Notes: generated from the sequence alone by a model not told the origin. A DNA stretch of 64,000 bases from an uncultured virus (IMG/VR IMGVR_UViG_3300027227_000002) (IMGVR_UViG_3300027227_000002); one strand, 5' to 3'. Positions 10,302 through 17,293 are shown, counted from the first letter of the stretch. Numbers and translations: made by a program.

Positions 10302-10405
10302 TTCAACTGCTTTAATACGTTAAGGTTATTCTGGGACATCTGCGCCCACTTCTTCCCATTGGAGAAGTTCGGCTTCTTGTTGCCCGCCTTGTGACTCTGT
10401 GCCAT
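10298..10405 (-). CDS. Small basic hypothetical protein (35 aa)
   Basis: Manual translation MAQSHKAGNKKPNFSNGKKWAQMSQNNLNVLKQLK, translationally coupled on both sides. Confidence 0.5.
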   Translation of the reverse strand: MAQSHKAGNKKPNFSNGKKWAQMSQNNLNVLKQLK

Positions 10406-10632
10406 TACTTCTTGCTTCTGTTCTTCTTAGCAGTAATAAACTTCCTTTCAGCGTGATCGTAGTCCATACCATCACCATTGCCATACGTCCCCGCATCGCG
10501 GTTCTTCTTATTCAAGAATGCACGATACTTCTTGCGCTCCTCGCTCTTGTTGTACTTGCGCTGGTACTTGCGCCGCTTTTCTGCCGCCTCGGGGTTCTCA
10601 GCGTAGTATTTGGATGTCTTCCCTACTTTCAT
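10405..10632 (-). CDS. Small basic protein, HNH-like remnant
   Basis: 75 aa, K/R-rich, GDGMDYDH...NR motif. A TATCTTTG box at 10638-10645 lies 5 nt upstream. Confidence 0.6.
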   Translation of the reverse strand: MKVGKTSKYYAENPEAAEKRRKYQRKYNKSEERKKYRAFLNKKNRDAGTYGNGDGMDYDHAERKFITAKKNRSKK

Positions 10633-10695
10633 AAATACAAAGATAATACACTATACAACAGGGTTTTACAGCTTTGCTTAAACCAACACTTTAAC

Positions 10696-10728
10696 ACTTG
10701 ACTTTCTCATTTTTTTGTTGTAACTTTG
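10696..10728 (+). promoter_or_regulatory. Bacteroidota promoter (CTTG-N20-TAACTTTG)
   Basis: Canonical spacing, 28 of 31 nt identical to 17200-17230. Confidence 0.65.
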
Positions 10729-11029
10729 CTATAGAAAGGTCGCAACAGACTAGAGCAACCTTATCCCAAAACGAAGCGGGGAGGGGTAACCCAAAACCCC
10801 CTCCCCCCAACTTCACACAAAGACCTTGAATTAGCCCTAACTGTATTCAATCCCGAACGGGATTTTATATACTGCTATTATATCTGCTACAGGGATCTAC
10901 AAGACTTAAAGCTTTACTTTAACTATTTGAGTTTATGTTTTTAGTTTTGAGTTATATAGGTTTGGGGGATTATAGTATAATAACCACGCCCGCTCGCGCG
11001 ACCCGAACCGAATCTCCAAACCCAACCCC

Positions 11030-11448
11030 CTGACAATCAGCACTTTAGGTTCAAACATTTTACCTTTTTGTTTAACGCATTCCTGCTATCTTACTGATAC
11101 ACAGCGACTTATCGTGGTTGCGTTCAAGTATACCTCTAACTTACGAGCCGTAACTAACTGAAACACAATGACTTCGATCAAGTTAGTTAAACCTTTAGTT
11201 GAGGTGGTATCAAACGACACAATCTGAAGCGATGTCGGAGTCCCTGACGGAACGAAATCAATCCCCCCTCCAGCCCTCCCTACCTCCCACAATCCACCAC
11301 AACTCACCACTAGACTCACGCACTAGTTGTTTTACTGGAGAGCGCTATTTTCCTTCTTGCTTTAAATGTACCCGCGCGTAAGGGAATGTGTCATATGATA
11401 CTATGCAAACTTTTTTTGAAATTTTTCTCGTTGATTATCAATGAGTTA
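11030..11448 (+). repeat. Four copies of an 18-bp motif YTGA-N4-CA-N5-TT
   Basis: CTGACAATCAGCACTTTA (11030), CTGATACACAGCGACTTA (11094), CTGAAACACAATGACTTC (11158), TTGATTATCAATGAGTTA (11431). Confidence 0.5.
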
Positions 11449-11490
11449 GGAAATAAATGCACTTTTTTCTTGCAAATATGTCAACCATAG

Positions 11491-11522
11491 TTTGCTCATG
11501 TGAGAAATGCTTTGTAGTATTG
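11491..11522 (+). promoter_or_regulatory. Putative early-operon promoter (TTTG-N20-TAGTATTG)
   Basis: -33 TTTG plus a -7 box with one mismatch to TAnnTTTG, at correct spacing. Predicted transcription start near 11527. Confidence 0.6.
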
Positions 11523-11529
11523 CAGTGTC

Positions 11530-11563
11530 GTTCGGCTGTTGTTCCGAACACGTTCTTTGAAAT
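11530..11563 (+). promoter_or_regulatory. Hairpin plus boxA-like antitermination element
   Basis: GTTCGG/CCGAAC hairpin followed by GTTCTTTGAAAT (11552-11563), resembling the rrn boxA consensus. Confidence 0.5.
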
Positions 11564-11739
11564 GTTGGTCAGCCCCCCCGCGAAACCCCGCTCCCTTGTG
11601 CGGTCGGTGAAAGCCCGAGTACCGAGATGAAGTGAGTCATTCTAGCAAGTAGGATGCCGCCCCCGAAGTTGACCAACCCGTGAAATTCTGCCCTCGCCAC
11701 GAGTTGGTGAGACCATTCAAGGAATGATGAAAGGCAGAG
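11564..11739 (+). ncRNA. Structured leader RNA of unknown class with two multi-stem domains
   Basis: GTTGGTCAGC/GTTGACCAAC encloses three hairpins. TTCTGCC/GGCAGAG encloses CTCGCCA/TGGTGAG and CATTC/GAATG. No credible ORF. Confidence 0.55.
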
Positions 11740-11750
11740 CCACCCCGCAA

Positions 11751-11882
11751 GGTTAACTGACGATGGATTGAAGCGGAACAAGGTGGTCGTTAAGGGGTAA
11801 GTATGAGGACTCCCTACATTAACATATAATCCGAAACCAAAAACCAATCTGCCCCTCTTCGGAGGGGCGGGTGGTCTTAACC
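11751..11882 (+). ncRNA. Type I hammerhead ribozyme HH1 with enlarged stem II
   Basis: GGTTAA-CTGACGA-(T)-GGATT..58 nt..AATCC-GAAA-CCA..hairpin..TGG-TC-TTAACC. Predicted cut after C11876. One extra U follows A9. Confidence 0.75.
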
Positions 11883-11900
11883 ACAAAAACCTCCTTGAAC

Positions 11901-12206
11901 ATGGAATACTTGATTGACCCCTCTACCTTGAAGTTCATTGCTGAAACCATCAACGGCTACAGCGAAATGGTAGCATCCAAAGAAATAGACTCAAATGAGT
12001 TGACTGAACTCGCCACTGAAATTGCTGAAGAGTGGACTCTAGATTGGGATGAGAACCAAGGCTTTGGTTCATCCGATAGCACCTACATGGTGAAAGAGTT
12101 TGTTGATTCAGTAATCAACATCCACTTCTACAAGCAGTACGAAACGACCTTCGCTCCCGTGATAACCACAACGAAGCACCATCGACTACGAGTTGTAAAG
12201 TGCTAA
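11901..12206 (+). CDS. Acidic early hypothetical protein
   Basis: Start moved to ATG 11901 (MEYLIDP) because the upstream GTG lies inside the ribozyme. Confidence 0.7.
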   Translation: MEYLIDPSTLKFIAETINGYSEMVASKEIDSNELTELATEIAEEWTLDWDENQGFGSSDSTYMVKEFVDSVINIHFYKQYETTFAPVITTTKHHRLRVVKC

Positions 12207-12240
12207 CCAACGACCCCCGAAAGGGGGTTTGGTCTTAACC
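12206..12240 (+). other. Core-less hammerhead substrate-like element O1
   Basis: ACCCCC-GAAA-GGGGGT hairpin then TTGGTCTTAACC, with no CTGAnGA core immediately upstream. Confidence 0.6.
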
Positions 12241-12255
12241 AAAAACTATAGAGAT

Positions 12256-13164
12256 ATGAAAGCAGATGTTGCGCAGAAAGTCAAGATGACTTTGTTGGAA
12301 GGGTTAAAGAAAGATGGTTTGAACTGGTTCAAGCCATGGAAGGGTGGTCTAGCCAACAACCCAATCAACAACTCCAATGGTCGTGCCTACCGAGGCATGA
12401 ATATTTTCATCCTCAACGCCGAGATGCGTTTCAAGGGATACACCTCAAATGAGTGGCTAACCTTCAAGCAGTGCGCCGAGAAGAAAGGCTCGGTCAAGAA
12501 GGGTGAGAAGGCTACTGATGTGTTCTTTTGGAACATCGGATTTATAGCAAACGGAAAGTTCTACAAGAGTGAGCAAGATGCCCTCAACGCTGGACACGAT
12601 AAGAAGGATATCACCAAGACCTTCTCGCTCCGTTTTTACAAGGTGTTCAACATTGATCAATGTGAGAATATCAGCCCTCGCCGAGTGGCGGAGGAGATTG
12701 CAGATGTTGACCCGATTGAATCTGCCGAGGCTATCGTGAAGGGCTACAAGACCGCCCCCAAGATTACCAACTCTACCGAGGACTCTGCATACTATGCTCC
12801 GATGAAAGACCTCGTCCACATGCCCTTGATTGGGATGTTCAAGTCGGCAGACGACTACTACAAGACCTTGTTCCACGAGTTGGTTCATAGCACGGGTCAC
12901 GAGAGCCGTTTGAGCCGCAAGGGGGTAATGAACACCAACCTATTCAGCAAGACCAAAGGTGACTATGCCTTTGAAGAGTTGATTGCCGAAAGCGGTGCGA
13001 TGATGTTGTCGGGGATTGCAAACCTCAATCCATGTGATAGCGACACCAATAGCCAAGCCTACATCAACGGGTGGGTTAAAGCCGTAGAAGACGCAAAAGA
13101 GAGCGCGGTGGTTAGCGCTCTAGTTCAGTCCACTAAAGCCGTGGATTACATCTTGGGAGAATAA
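12256..13164 (+). CDS. ardC: ArdC-like anti-restriction and ssDNA-binding protein with zincin metallopeptidase domain
   Basis: WFKPW, GRAYRGMN, WLTFKQ, VKKGEK, VFNIDQ, FHELVHSTGH..RL.R and YAFEELIAE. Start at ATG 12256. Confidence 0.9.
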   Translation: MKADVAQKVKMTLLEGLKKDGLNWFKPWKGGLANNPINNSNGRAYRGMNIFILNAEMRFKGYTSNEWLTFKQCAEKKGSVKKGEKATDVFFWNIGFIANGKFYKSEQDALNAGHDKKDITKTFSLRFYKVFNIDQCENISPRRVAEEIADVDPIESAEAIVKGYKTAPKITNSTEDSAYYAPMKDLVHMPLIGMFKSADDYYKTLFHELVHSTGHESRLSRKGVMNTNLFSKTKGDYAFEELIAESGAMMLSGIANLNPCDSDTNSQAYINGWVKAVEDAKESAVVSALVQSTKAVDYILGE

Positions 13165-13172
13165 GCCCGAGA

Positions 13173-13202
13173 GCCACCCCCCACGGGGGGTAGGTCTTAA
13201 CC
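13173..13202 (+). other. Core-less hammerhead substrate-like element O2
   Basis: ACCCCC-CACG-GGGGGT hairpin then AGGTCTTAACC. Confidence 0.6.
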
Positions 13203-13217
13203 AATAAACTGAAAAAG

Positions 13218-13496
13218 ATGAACAACTACAAAGAACTGACCGACCTACTGGAAGAAAAAGGAATGTGGAACTATGGTTGGGCAAAGCCCGGTCAAATCTT
13301 CATCAACCAAGGTCGCCGCTTGGCGGCTATTGTGTGCGATGATTCGACTGGCTACAACGTAGCCTACAAGATGCCTAACGGACGCATATACGCAAAGAAT
13401 GTTAATGCTCAAAAGGCGATTGAAATCCTACACATCGCAATGTCCTTAAAGTTGGACGGCGATACAGGTGAAGTTGAAGGTGGCTTCGGCTTCTAA
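13218..13496 (+). CDS. Early hypothetical protein
   Basis: 92-aa ORF with an A-rich leader. Confidence 0.7.
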   Translation: MNNYKELTDLLEEKGMWNYGWAKPGQIFINQGRRLAAIVCDDSTGYNVAYKMPNGRIYAKNVNAQKAIEILHIAMSLKLDGDTGEVEGGFGF

Positions 13497-13540
13497 TTAC
13501 AACCCCTAAAGAATTATTTGTTGAATAAAAAAAAATTGAC

Positions 13541-14095
13541 ATGGCTATTATCGCAACCGGAAACGAATACAAACTTCAGTTAGGTACAATTCAAGAACTC
13601 GATGCCGTCATTAAGATGGTCATCAAAGGAATTCCTGACGGATTCTTTGACTTCCAATCGAAAGGAAATCAATTCGCCACACTTGACCTGAGAGCCGACC
13701 TATCATGTGACGACCAACCTCCAGTGTTCTTGGATATGTTCTACAACGGGCTAATCACGAACTACTTCCGAAACTACGACATAGAGTTGGTCACGATGCA
13801 GTCGGATTACGAGAAGGCAAGTAAGAAGTTGAATGCGGTCAACCCACATGCCTGTTGGGAGGATGTCTTGCTACAGGTATTATCTGACGGAAATCTCGTC
13901 TTCGAAGACCACTACCAAGGGATGACGATTGAACTCGACTTAAGTAAGGTGGGAAGCAACTTCCTGAATGCCTTCAACGATGCACCTGATTACTTTATGG
14001 AACTTGTACTACTTCACGCCAACGGAGGGTCGGACGGAATCACCTACGACTCTTGGCTTCAAATGGGGACATACGGAGAAGTAATCTACGGATAG
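13541..14095 (+). CDS. Early hypothetical protein
   Basis: 184 aa, ending D..LQ.G.YGEVIYG, a motif typical of phage early proteins. Confidence 0.75.
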   Translation: MAIIATGNEYKLQLGTIQELDAVIKMVIKGIPDGFFDFQSKGNQFATLDLRADLSCDDQPPVFLDMFYNGLITNYFRNYDIELVTMQSDYEKASKKLNAVNPHACWEDVLLQVLSDGNLVFEDHYQGMTIELDLSKVGSNFLNAFNDAPDYFMELVLLHANGGSDGITYDSWLQMGTYGEVIYG

Positions 14096-14146
14096 GTTAA
14101 CTGACGAGTCCTAAATGGACGAAACCTGCTTCGGCAGGTCTTAACC
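14095..14146 (+). ncRNA. Type I hammerhead ribozyme HH2
   Basis: GGTTAA-CTGACGA-GTCC-TAAAT-GGAC-GAAA-CCTGC-TTCG-GCAGG-TC-TTAACC. Perfect core and three perfect stems. GUC cut after C14140. Confidence 0.95.
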
Positions 14147-14161
14147 AACAAAATAATCACG

Positions 14162-14461
14162 ATGAAAAACATCACAAACGAATCCGTTCAAGCGTTTATG
14201 AATGCTGTTCCCTTCAAGAAATCCAATATGCGGGTTGAAGTTTTAGAGAACGTCACGATTCTGCGTCTACACGGAAATGTTATTGCGTACCGCTACAATG
14301 ACCCTGAACGTACTTTGTCCATCACGAACTGCGGATGGTTCAGCAAAACGACAAAGGAGCGTCTGAATGGAATCCCGAGCGTATCAATCAAGCAGAAAAA
14401 CTTCAATTGGTACTTGAATGGTACTGAATGGAATGGTGATTTAATTGACATTAAAGGTTAA
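14162..14461 (+). CDS. Early hypothetical protein flanked by hammerheads
   Basis: 99 aa with LHGN.IA...GW.S.TTKERLN motif. Its stop codon forms part of HH3 stem I. Confidence 0.8.
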   Translation: MKNITNESVQAFMNAVPFKKSNMRVEVLENVTILRLHGNVIAYRYNDPERTLSITNCGWFSKTTKERLNGIPSVSIKQKNFNWYLNGTEWNGDLIDIKG

Positions 14462-14512
14462 CTGACGAGGATTCAATATCCGAAATGCCGACTACACATC
14501 GGCATCTTAACC
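14456..14512 (+). ncRNA. Type I hammerhead ribozyme HH3
   Basis: GGTTAA-CTGACGA-GGAT-TCAAT-ATCC-GAAA-TGCCGA-CTACACA-TCGGCA-TC-TTAACC. AUC cut after C14506. Confidence 0.95.
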
Positions 14513-14530
14513 AACTAAATCAACAATACT

Positions 14531-14761
14531 ATGAAAACAATTGATGACTACAAAAAGATGCCGAAAAGCGCACTTGCGGAGAAATGGTTTTGGCTACATA
14601 ACATTCCGACCACATTCCTTGGAGAGGTTGTTTGGTTAGATTTTGGGAATTTTGAAATCGAAGTAGCGGAATCGGATGTTGAGTATAGAGCGAATGAATT
14701 CCTTCGCCTATTAGAAAATGACTTGATAAAACAGCCATTCAAGGGAATTTTATTGGATTAA
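14531..14761 (+). CDS. Early hypothetical protein flanked by hammerheads
   Basis: 76-aa ORF between HH3 and HH4. Confidence 0.7.
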   Translation: MKTIDDYKKMPKSALAEKWFWLHNIPTTFLGEVVWLDFGNFEIEVAESDVEYRANEFLRLLENDLIKQPFKGILLD

Positions 14762-14766
14762 ATTTA

Positions 14767-14823
14767 GGCATACTGATGAGGGCTGAATGCCCGAAACACG
14801 GACTACACATCCGTGTCTATGTC
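14767..14823 (+). ncRNA. Type I hammerhead ribozyme HH4
   Basis: GGCATA-CTGATGA-GGGC-TGAAT-GCCC-GAAA-CACGGA-CTACACA-TCCGTG-TC-TATGTC. GUC cut after C14817. All stems covary relative to HH2 and HH3. Confidence 0.95.
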
Positions 14824-14850
14824 AAATTTTAACCAACGCAAACAATTACA

Positions 14851-15249
14851 ATGAAAACCACGACTGAAGTTGAATGCATGAATGATTGGTGCGACTTTAC
14901 CCACGAGAAGGGGTACTGCACTTGTGATAATGAATCTTTAAATGAGAAGACGATGAAGAAATCAAATGAATTTGTGGCTACTTGCCCCGCACTTGTTTGG
15001 TCAGCAGAAGATGTTGACCTCAACATTGACCGACTCTATGAGTCAGAGGTTATTGACCATGTGAGTGCAAACAAACTAAAGGAGATATCTAATGAAGACA
15101 AACTTCTTTGGTTAGAGCAGATACTTGAGGATTGTCACGATGAGTTTTGTCAGATTATCAATGAGCGAATCGGAGATGCTATCTACGACTACTATCGCAG
15201 TACGCCTATGGGTAAGGAAGAAGTTGGTTACATTAAATACAATAAGTAA
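14851..15249 (+). CDS. Acidic early hypothetical protein
   Basis: 132-aa ORF. The start could be a downstream ATG. Confidence 0.65.
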   Translation: MKTTTEVECMNDWCDFTHEKGYCTCDNESLNEKTMKKSNEFVATCPALVWSAEDVDLNIDRLYESEVIDHVSANKLKEISNEDKLLWLEQILEDCHDEFCQIINERIGDAIYDYYRSTPMGKEEVGYIKYNK

Positions 15250-15534
15250 ATGGAAGCGTATCTTAAATTCTTGAACGACCCCAACCCGCCAACACATTTG
15301 GCGGAGGATGAGTTGTGGGAGTACTATGGTGGAGATTGCTATGGCGACATCTCTTACTATGCCTTCTTACTATGTAGGTTTGGCGAAGCATCTAATTGGA
15401 CTACGGCTATGATTATGGCTGACAAGTGGTCGGATTGGGATAGGCAAAACAAAACCCTTACTGAAGGAATGAGTGGTTACGACTCGTTACTGCATTGGTT
15501 GAATGTTGAATATGTTGGACTTTATTATAAGTAA
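15250..15534 (+). CDS. Hypothetical protein, duplicate copy 1
   Basis: 94 aa, nearly identical to 15780-16070. Confidence 0.75.
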   Translation: MEAYLKFLNDPNPPTHLAEDELWEYYGGDCYGDISYYAFLLCRFGEASNWTTAMIMADKWSDWDRQNKTLTEGMSGYDSLLHWLNVEYVGLYYK

Positions 15535-15580
15535 GATGACGACCTTATTTAAAAACGAGGAGTAAAACAAAAACTACAAT

Positions 15581-15778
15581 ATGATACTCTTTGAATATCA
15601 CGAATCAGACGATGACGATGCATCTATCTACGGCTTGACCTTCGAGGAGGTCAACGATTGGATACAAGACCACAACGAGTACTACGAAACCAACTACCAA
15701 ACTATTCAGGAGTTTAATGATGGTGAGGCGTACCGGGAGTTTATTGTAAGTGAAATGGAAAACGCAAATCTAAATTAA
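15581..15778 (+). CDS. Very acidic small hypothetical protein
   Basis: 65 aa, D/E-rich, A-rich leader. Confidence 0.7.
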   Translation: MILFEYHESDDDDASIYGLTFEEVNDWIQDHNEYYETNYQTIQEFNDGEAYREFIVSEMENANLN

Positions 15779-15779
15779 A

Positions 15780-16070
15780 ATGGAAATGGAAACATATCTT
15801 AAATTCTTGAATGACCCCAACCCTCCAACGCATTTGGCGGAGGATGAGTTGTGGGAGCACTATGGTGGAGATTGCTATGGCGATATCTCTTACTATGCCT
15901 TCTTACTATGTAGGTTCGGCGAAGCATCCAATTGGACTACGGCTATGATTATGGCTGACAAGTGGTCGGATTGGGATAGGCAAAACAAAATCCTTACTGA
16001 AGGAATGAGTGGTTACGACTCGTTACTGCATTGGTTGAATGTTGAATATGTTGGACTTTATTATAAGTAA
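15780..16070 (+). CDS. Hypothetical protein, duplicate copy 2
   Basis: 96 aa, 10 substitutions versus copy 1 over 285 nt (manual count). Confidence 0.75.
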   Translation: MEMETYLKFLNDPNPPTHLAEDELWEHYGGDCYGDISYYAFLLCRFGEASNWTTAMIMADKWSDWDRQNKILTEGMSGYDSLLHWLNVEYVGLYYK

Positions 16071-16071
16071 G

Positions 16072-16335
16072 ATGAAAGAGCTAGATAGAGCAATAGAAGA
16101 TTTAGGTGGTGAAATTTTCATCATGTATTCAGGCGAAAGAGACCCTGAAAAGTACATCAATGAGTGGGGCTATGCCGGGATGGAAACCCCTCACCAATCT
16201 TATAGTAGTGGATTCCAATGCAAAGGAGTTCAGTTGCGAATTGACCTAGGCGGTAAGAGTCACATGATTGAACTACCGCCCCAACTAGAGAGAGACCTCA
16301 TGGATGCCGTGGAGTCCATTCTAGATGAAGAATAA
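16072..16335 (+). CDS. Hypothetical protein
   Basis: Start moved to MKELDRA, directly after the upstream stop. Confidence 0.65.
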   Translation: MKELDRAIEDLGGEIFIMYSGERDPEKYINEWGYAGMETPHQSYSSGFQCKGVQLRIDLGGKSHMIELPPQLERDLMDAVESILDEE

Positions 16336-16336
16336 A

Positions 16337-16366
16337 GAAAGGGGGCAACCCCTTTCGGTCTTAACC
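16337..16366 (+). other. Core-less hammerhead substrate-like element O3
   Basis: GAAAGGGG-GCAA-CCCCTTTC hairpin then GGTCTTAACC. Confidence 0.6.
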
Positions 16367-16383
16367 ATAATTTCACAATCATC

Positions 16384-16548
16384 ATGACGAAATCCAATAA
16401 GTCAGTAGAGACTATAACCTACAGCATGTTCATCCTCCGCTCTTATGCGGAAACGACCTACAACTCCTTCGTTTTATATCACCTAAAAAAGATGGAGAGT
16501 GCAATGGCTAAACTAGAAGTTGAACTCAACACCGAGAGCCATGAGTAA
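16384..16548 (+). CDS. Small hypothetical protein (54 aa)
   Basis: Manual translation MTKSNKSVETITYSMFILRS...TESHE, following O3. Confidence 0.55.
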   Translation: MTKSNKSVETITYSMFILRSYAETTYNSFVLYHLKKMESAMAKLEVELNTESHE

Positions 16549-16696
16549 GTACATAACCTTCAATGCCGACACGCTGATGTGGGAGGTTAGAGAAGATAAC
16601 CAGACAATTGCTTCCTCTGGAGACAAGCGAAGCGTAGAACTTTACTTTCAATATTTACAAGAGAGAGATGGAAAAAGCAGTATTGACATACCTTAA
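16541..16696 (+). CDS. Small hypothetical protein (51 aa)
   Basis: Manual translation MSKYITFNADTLMWEVRED..., filling the gap in the operon. Confidence 0.45.
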   Translation: MSKYITFNADTLMWEVREDNQTIASSGDKRSVELYFQYLQERDGKSSIDIP

Positions 16697-16988
16697 TGCA
16701 CGGGTAGAAGCCCTCCAAAACCAATTGGAACTTCAAAAGCAAATCAACGCGGTGCGGTCTAAAATACCCATTGACCCCAAAAGAGCCCTGTGGATCGTGA
16801 GACACCTAAACTCGGAGTACAACATTCCAATGAACCACATTGCTGAACGGCTAGGGGTTACTAGAGAATGGTTGCGACTCAACTTAAAAGAAGAAGCCCT
16901 CAATGAATCCATGCAACAGCGCATCCGGGACATGGTTGAGGACATGATATCTGACCTTCAGATGATTCTAGTAGAAGAGTTAAAGTAA
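16668..16988 (+). CDS. HTH DNA-binding protein
   Basis: IPMNHIAERLGVTREWL helix-turn-helix. Confidence 0.7.
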   Translation: MEKAVLTYLNARVEALQNQLELQKQINAVRSKIPIDPKRALWIVRHLNSEYNIPMNHIAERLGVTREWLRLNLKEEALNESMQQRIRDMVEDMISDLQMILVEELK

Positions 16989-17000
16989 TACTTTAAGTAT

Positions 17001-17192
17001 ATGCGTAGATATTCAGCAAAATCGCACCTCCGAGGGAGTTTGGAAGGTGTTTCTATGATGTGGATATTCCTAGCGGTGATGAAGTATGCGCTGCAAGATT
17101 ATCACGACATGACCATCCTTTTTATGCTTTTTGTCATTTTCTTTGCCCTCTCTAGGATGGTTAAAGTAGACAAAGTATTCAAGGACAAGTAG
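17001..17192 (+). CDS. Small membrane protein
   Basis: 63 aa with two hydrophobic segments. Confidence 0.55.
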   Translation: MRRYSAKSHLRGSLEGVSMMWIFLAVMKYALQDYHDMTILFMLFVIFFALSRMVKVDKVFKDK

Positions 17193-17199
17193 TTAGCAA

Positions 17200-17293
17200 A
17201 CTTGACTTTTTCAGTTTTTTGTTCTAACTTCACAGACACACAAACGTGTCACTACTGAAAGGCGGGGGCATCCAAAGCCCCCCGACCTTCAGT
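17200..17293 (+). promoter_or_regulatory. Promoter and hairpin leader of the recombination operon
   Basis: CTTG-N20-TAACTTCA, a near copy of 10696. Followed by GACAC/GTGTC and ACTGAA..CGGGGGC/GCCCCCG..TTCAGT hairpins. Confidence 0.55.

Noticed and set aside
15535..15580. Degenerate hammerhead (ATGACGA-CCT...AGG)
   Set aside because: It lacks C3, GAAA and stems I and III. It reads equally well as a 9-codon remnant ORF.
15250..16070. Duplicated gene as a DGR template/variable repeat pair
   Set aside because: Differences are mostly C/T transitions and synonymous rather than adenine-specific, and no reverse transcriptase is present in the window.
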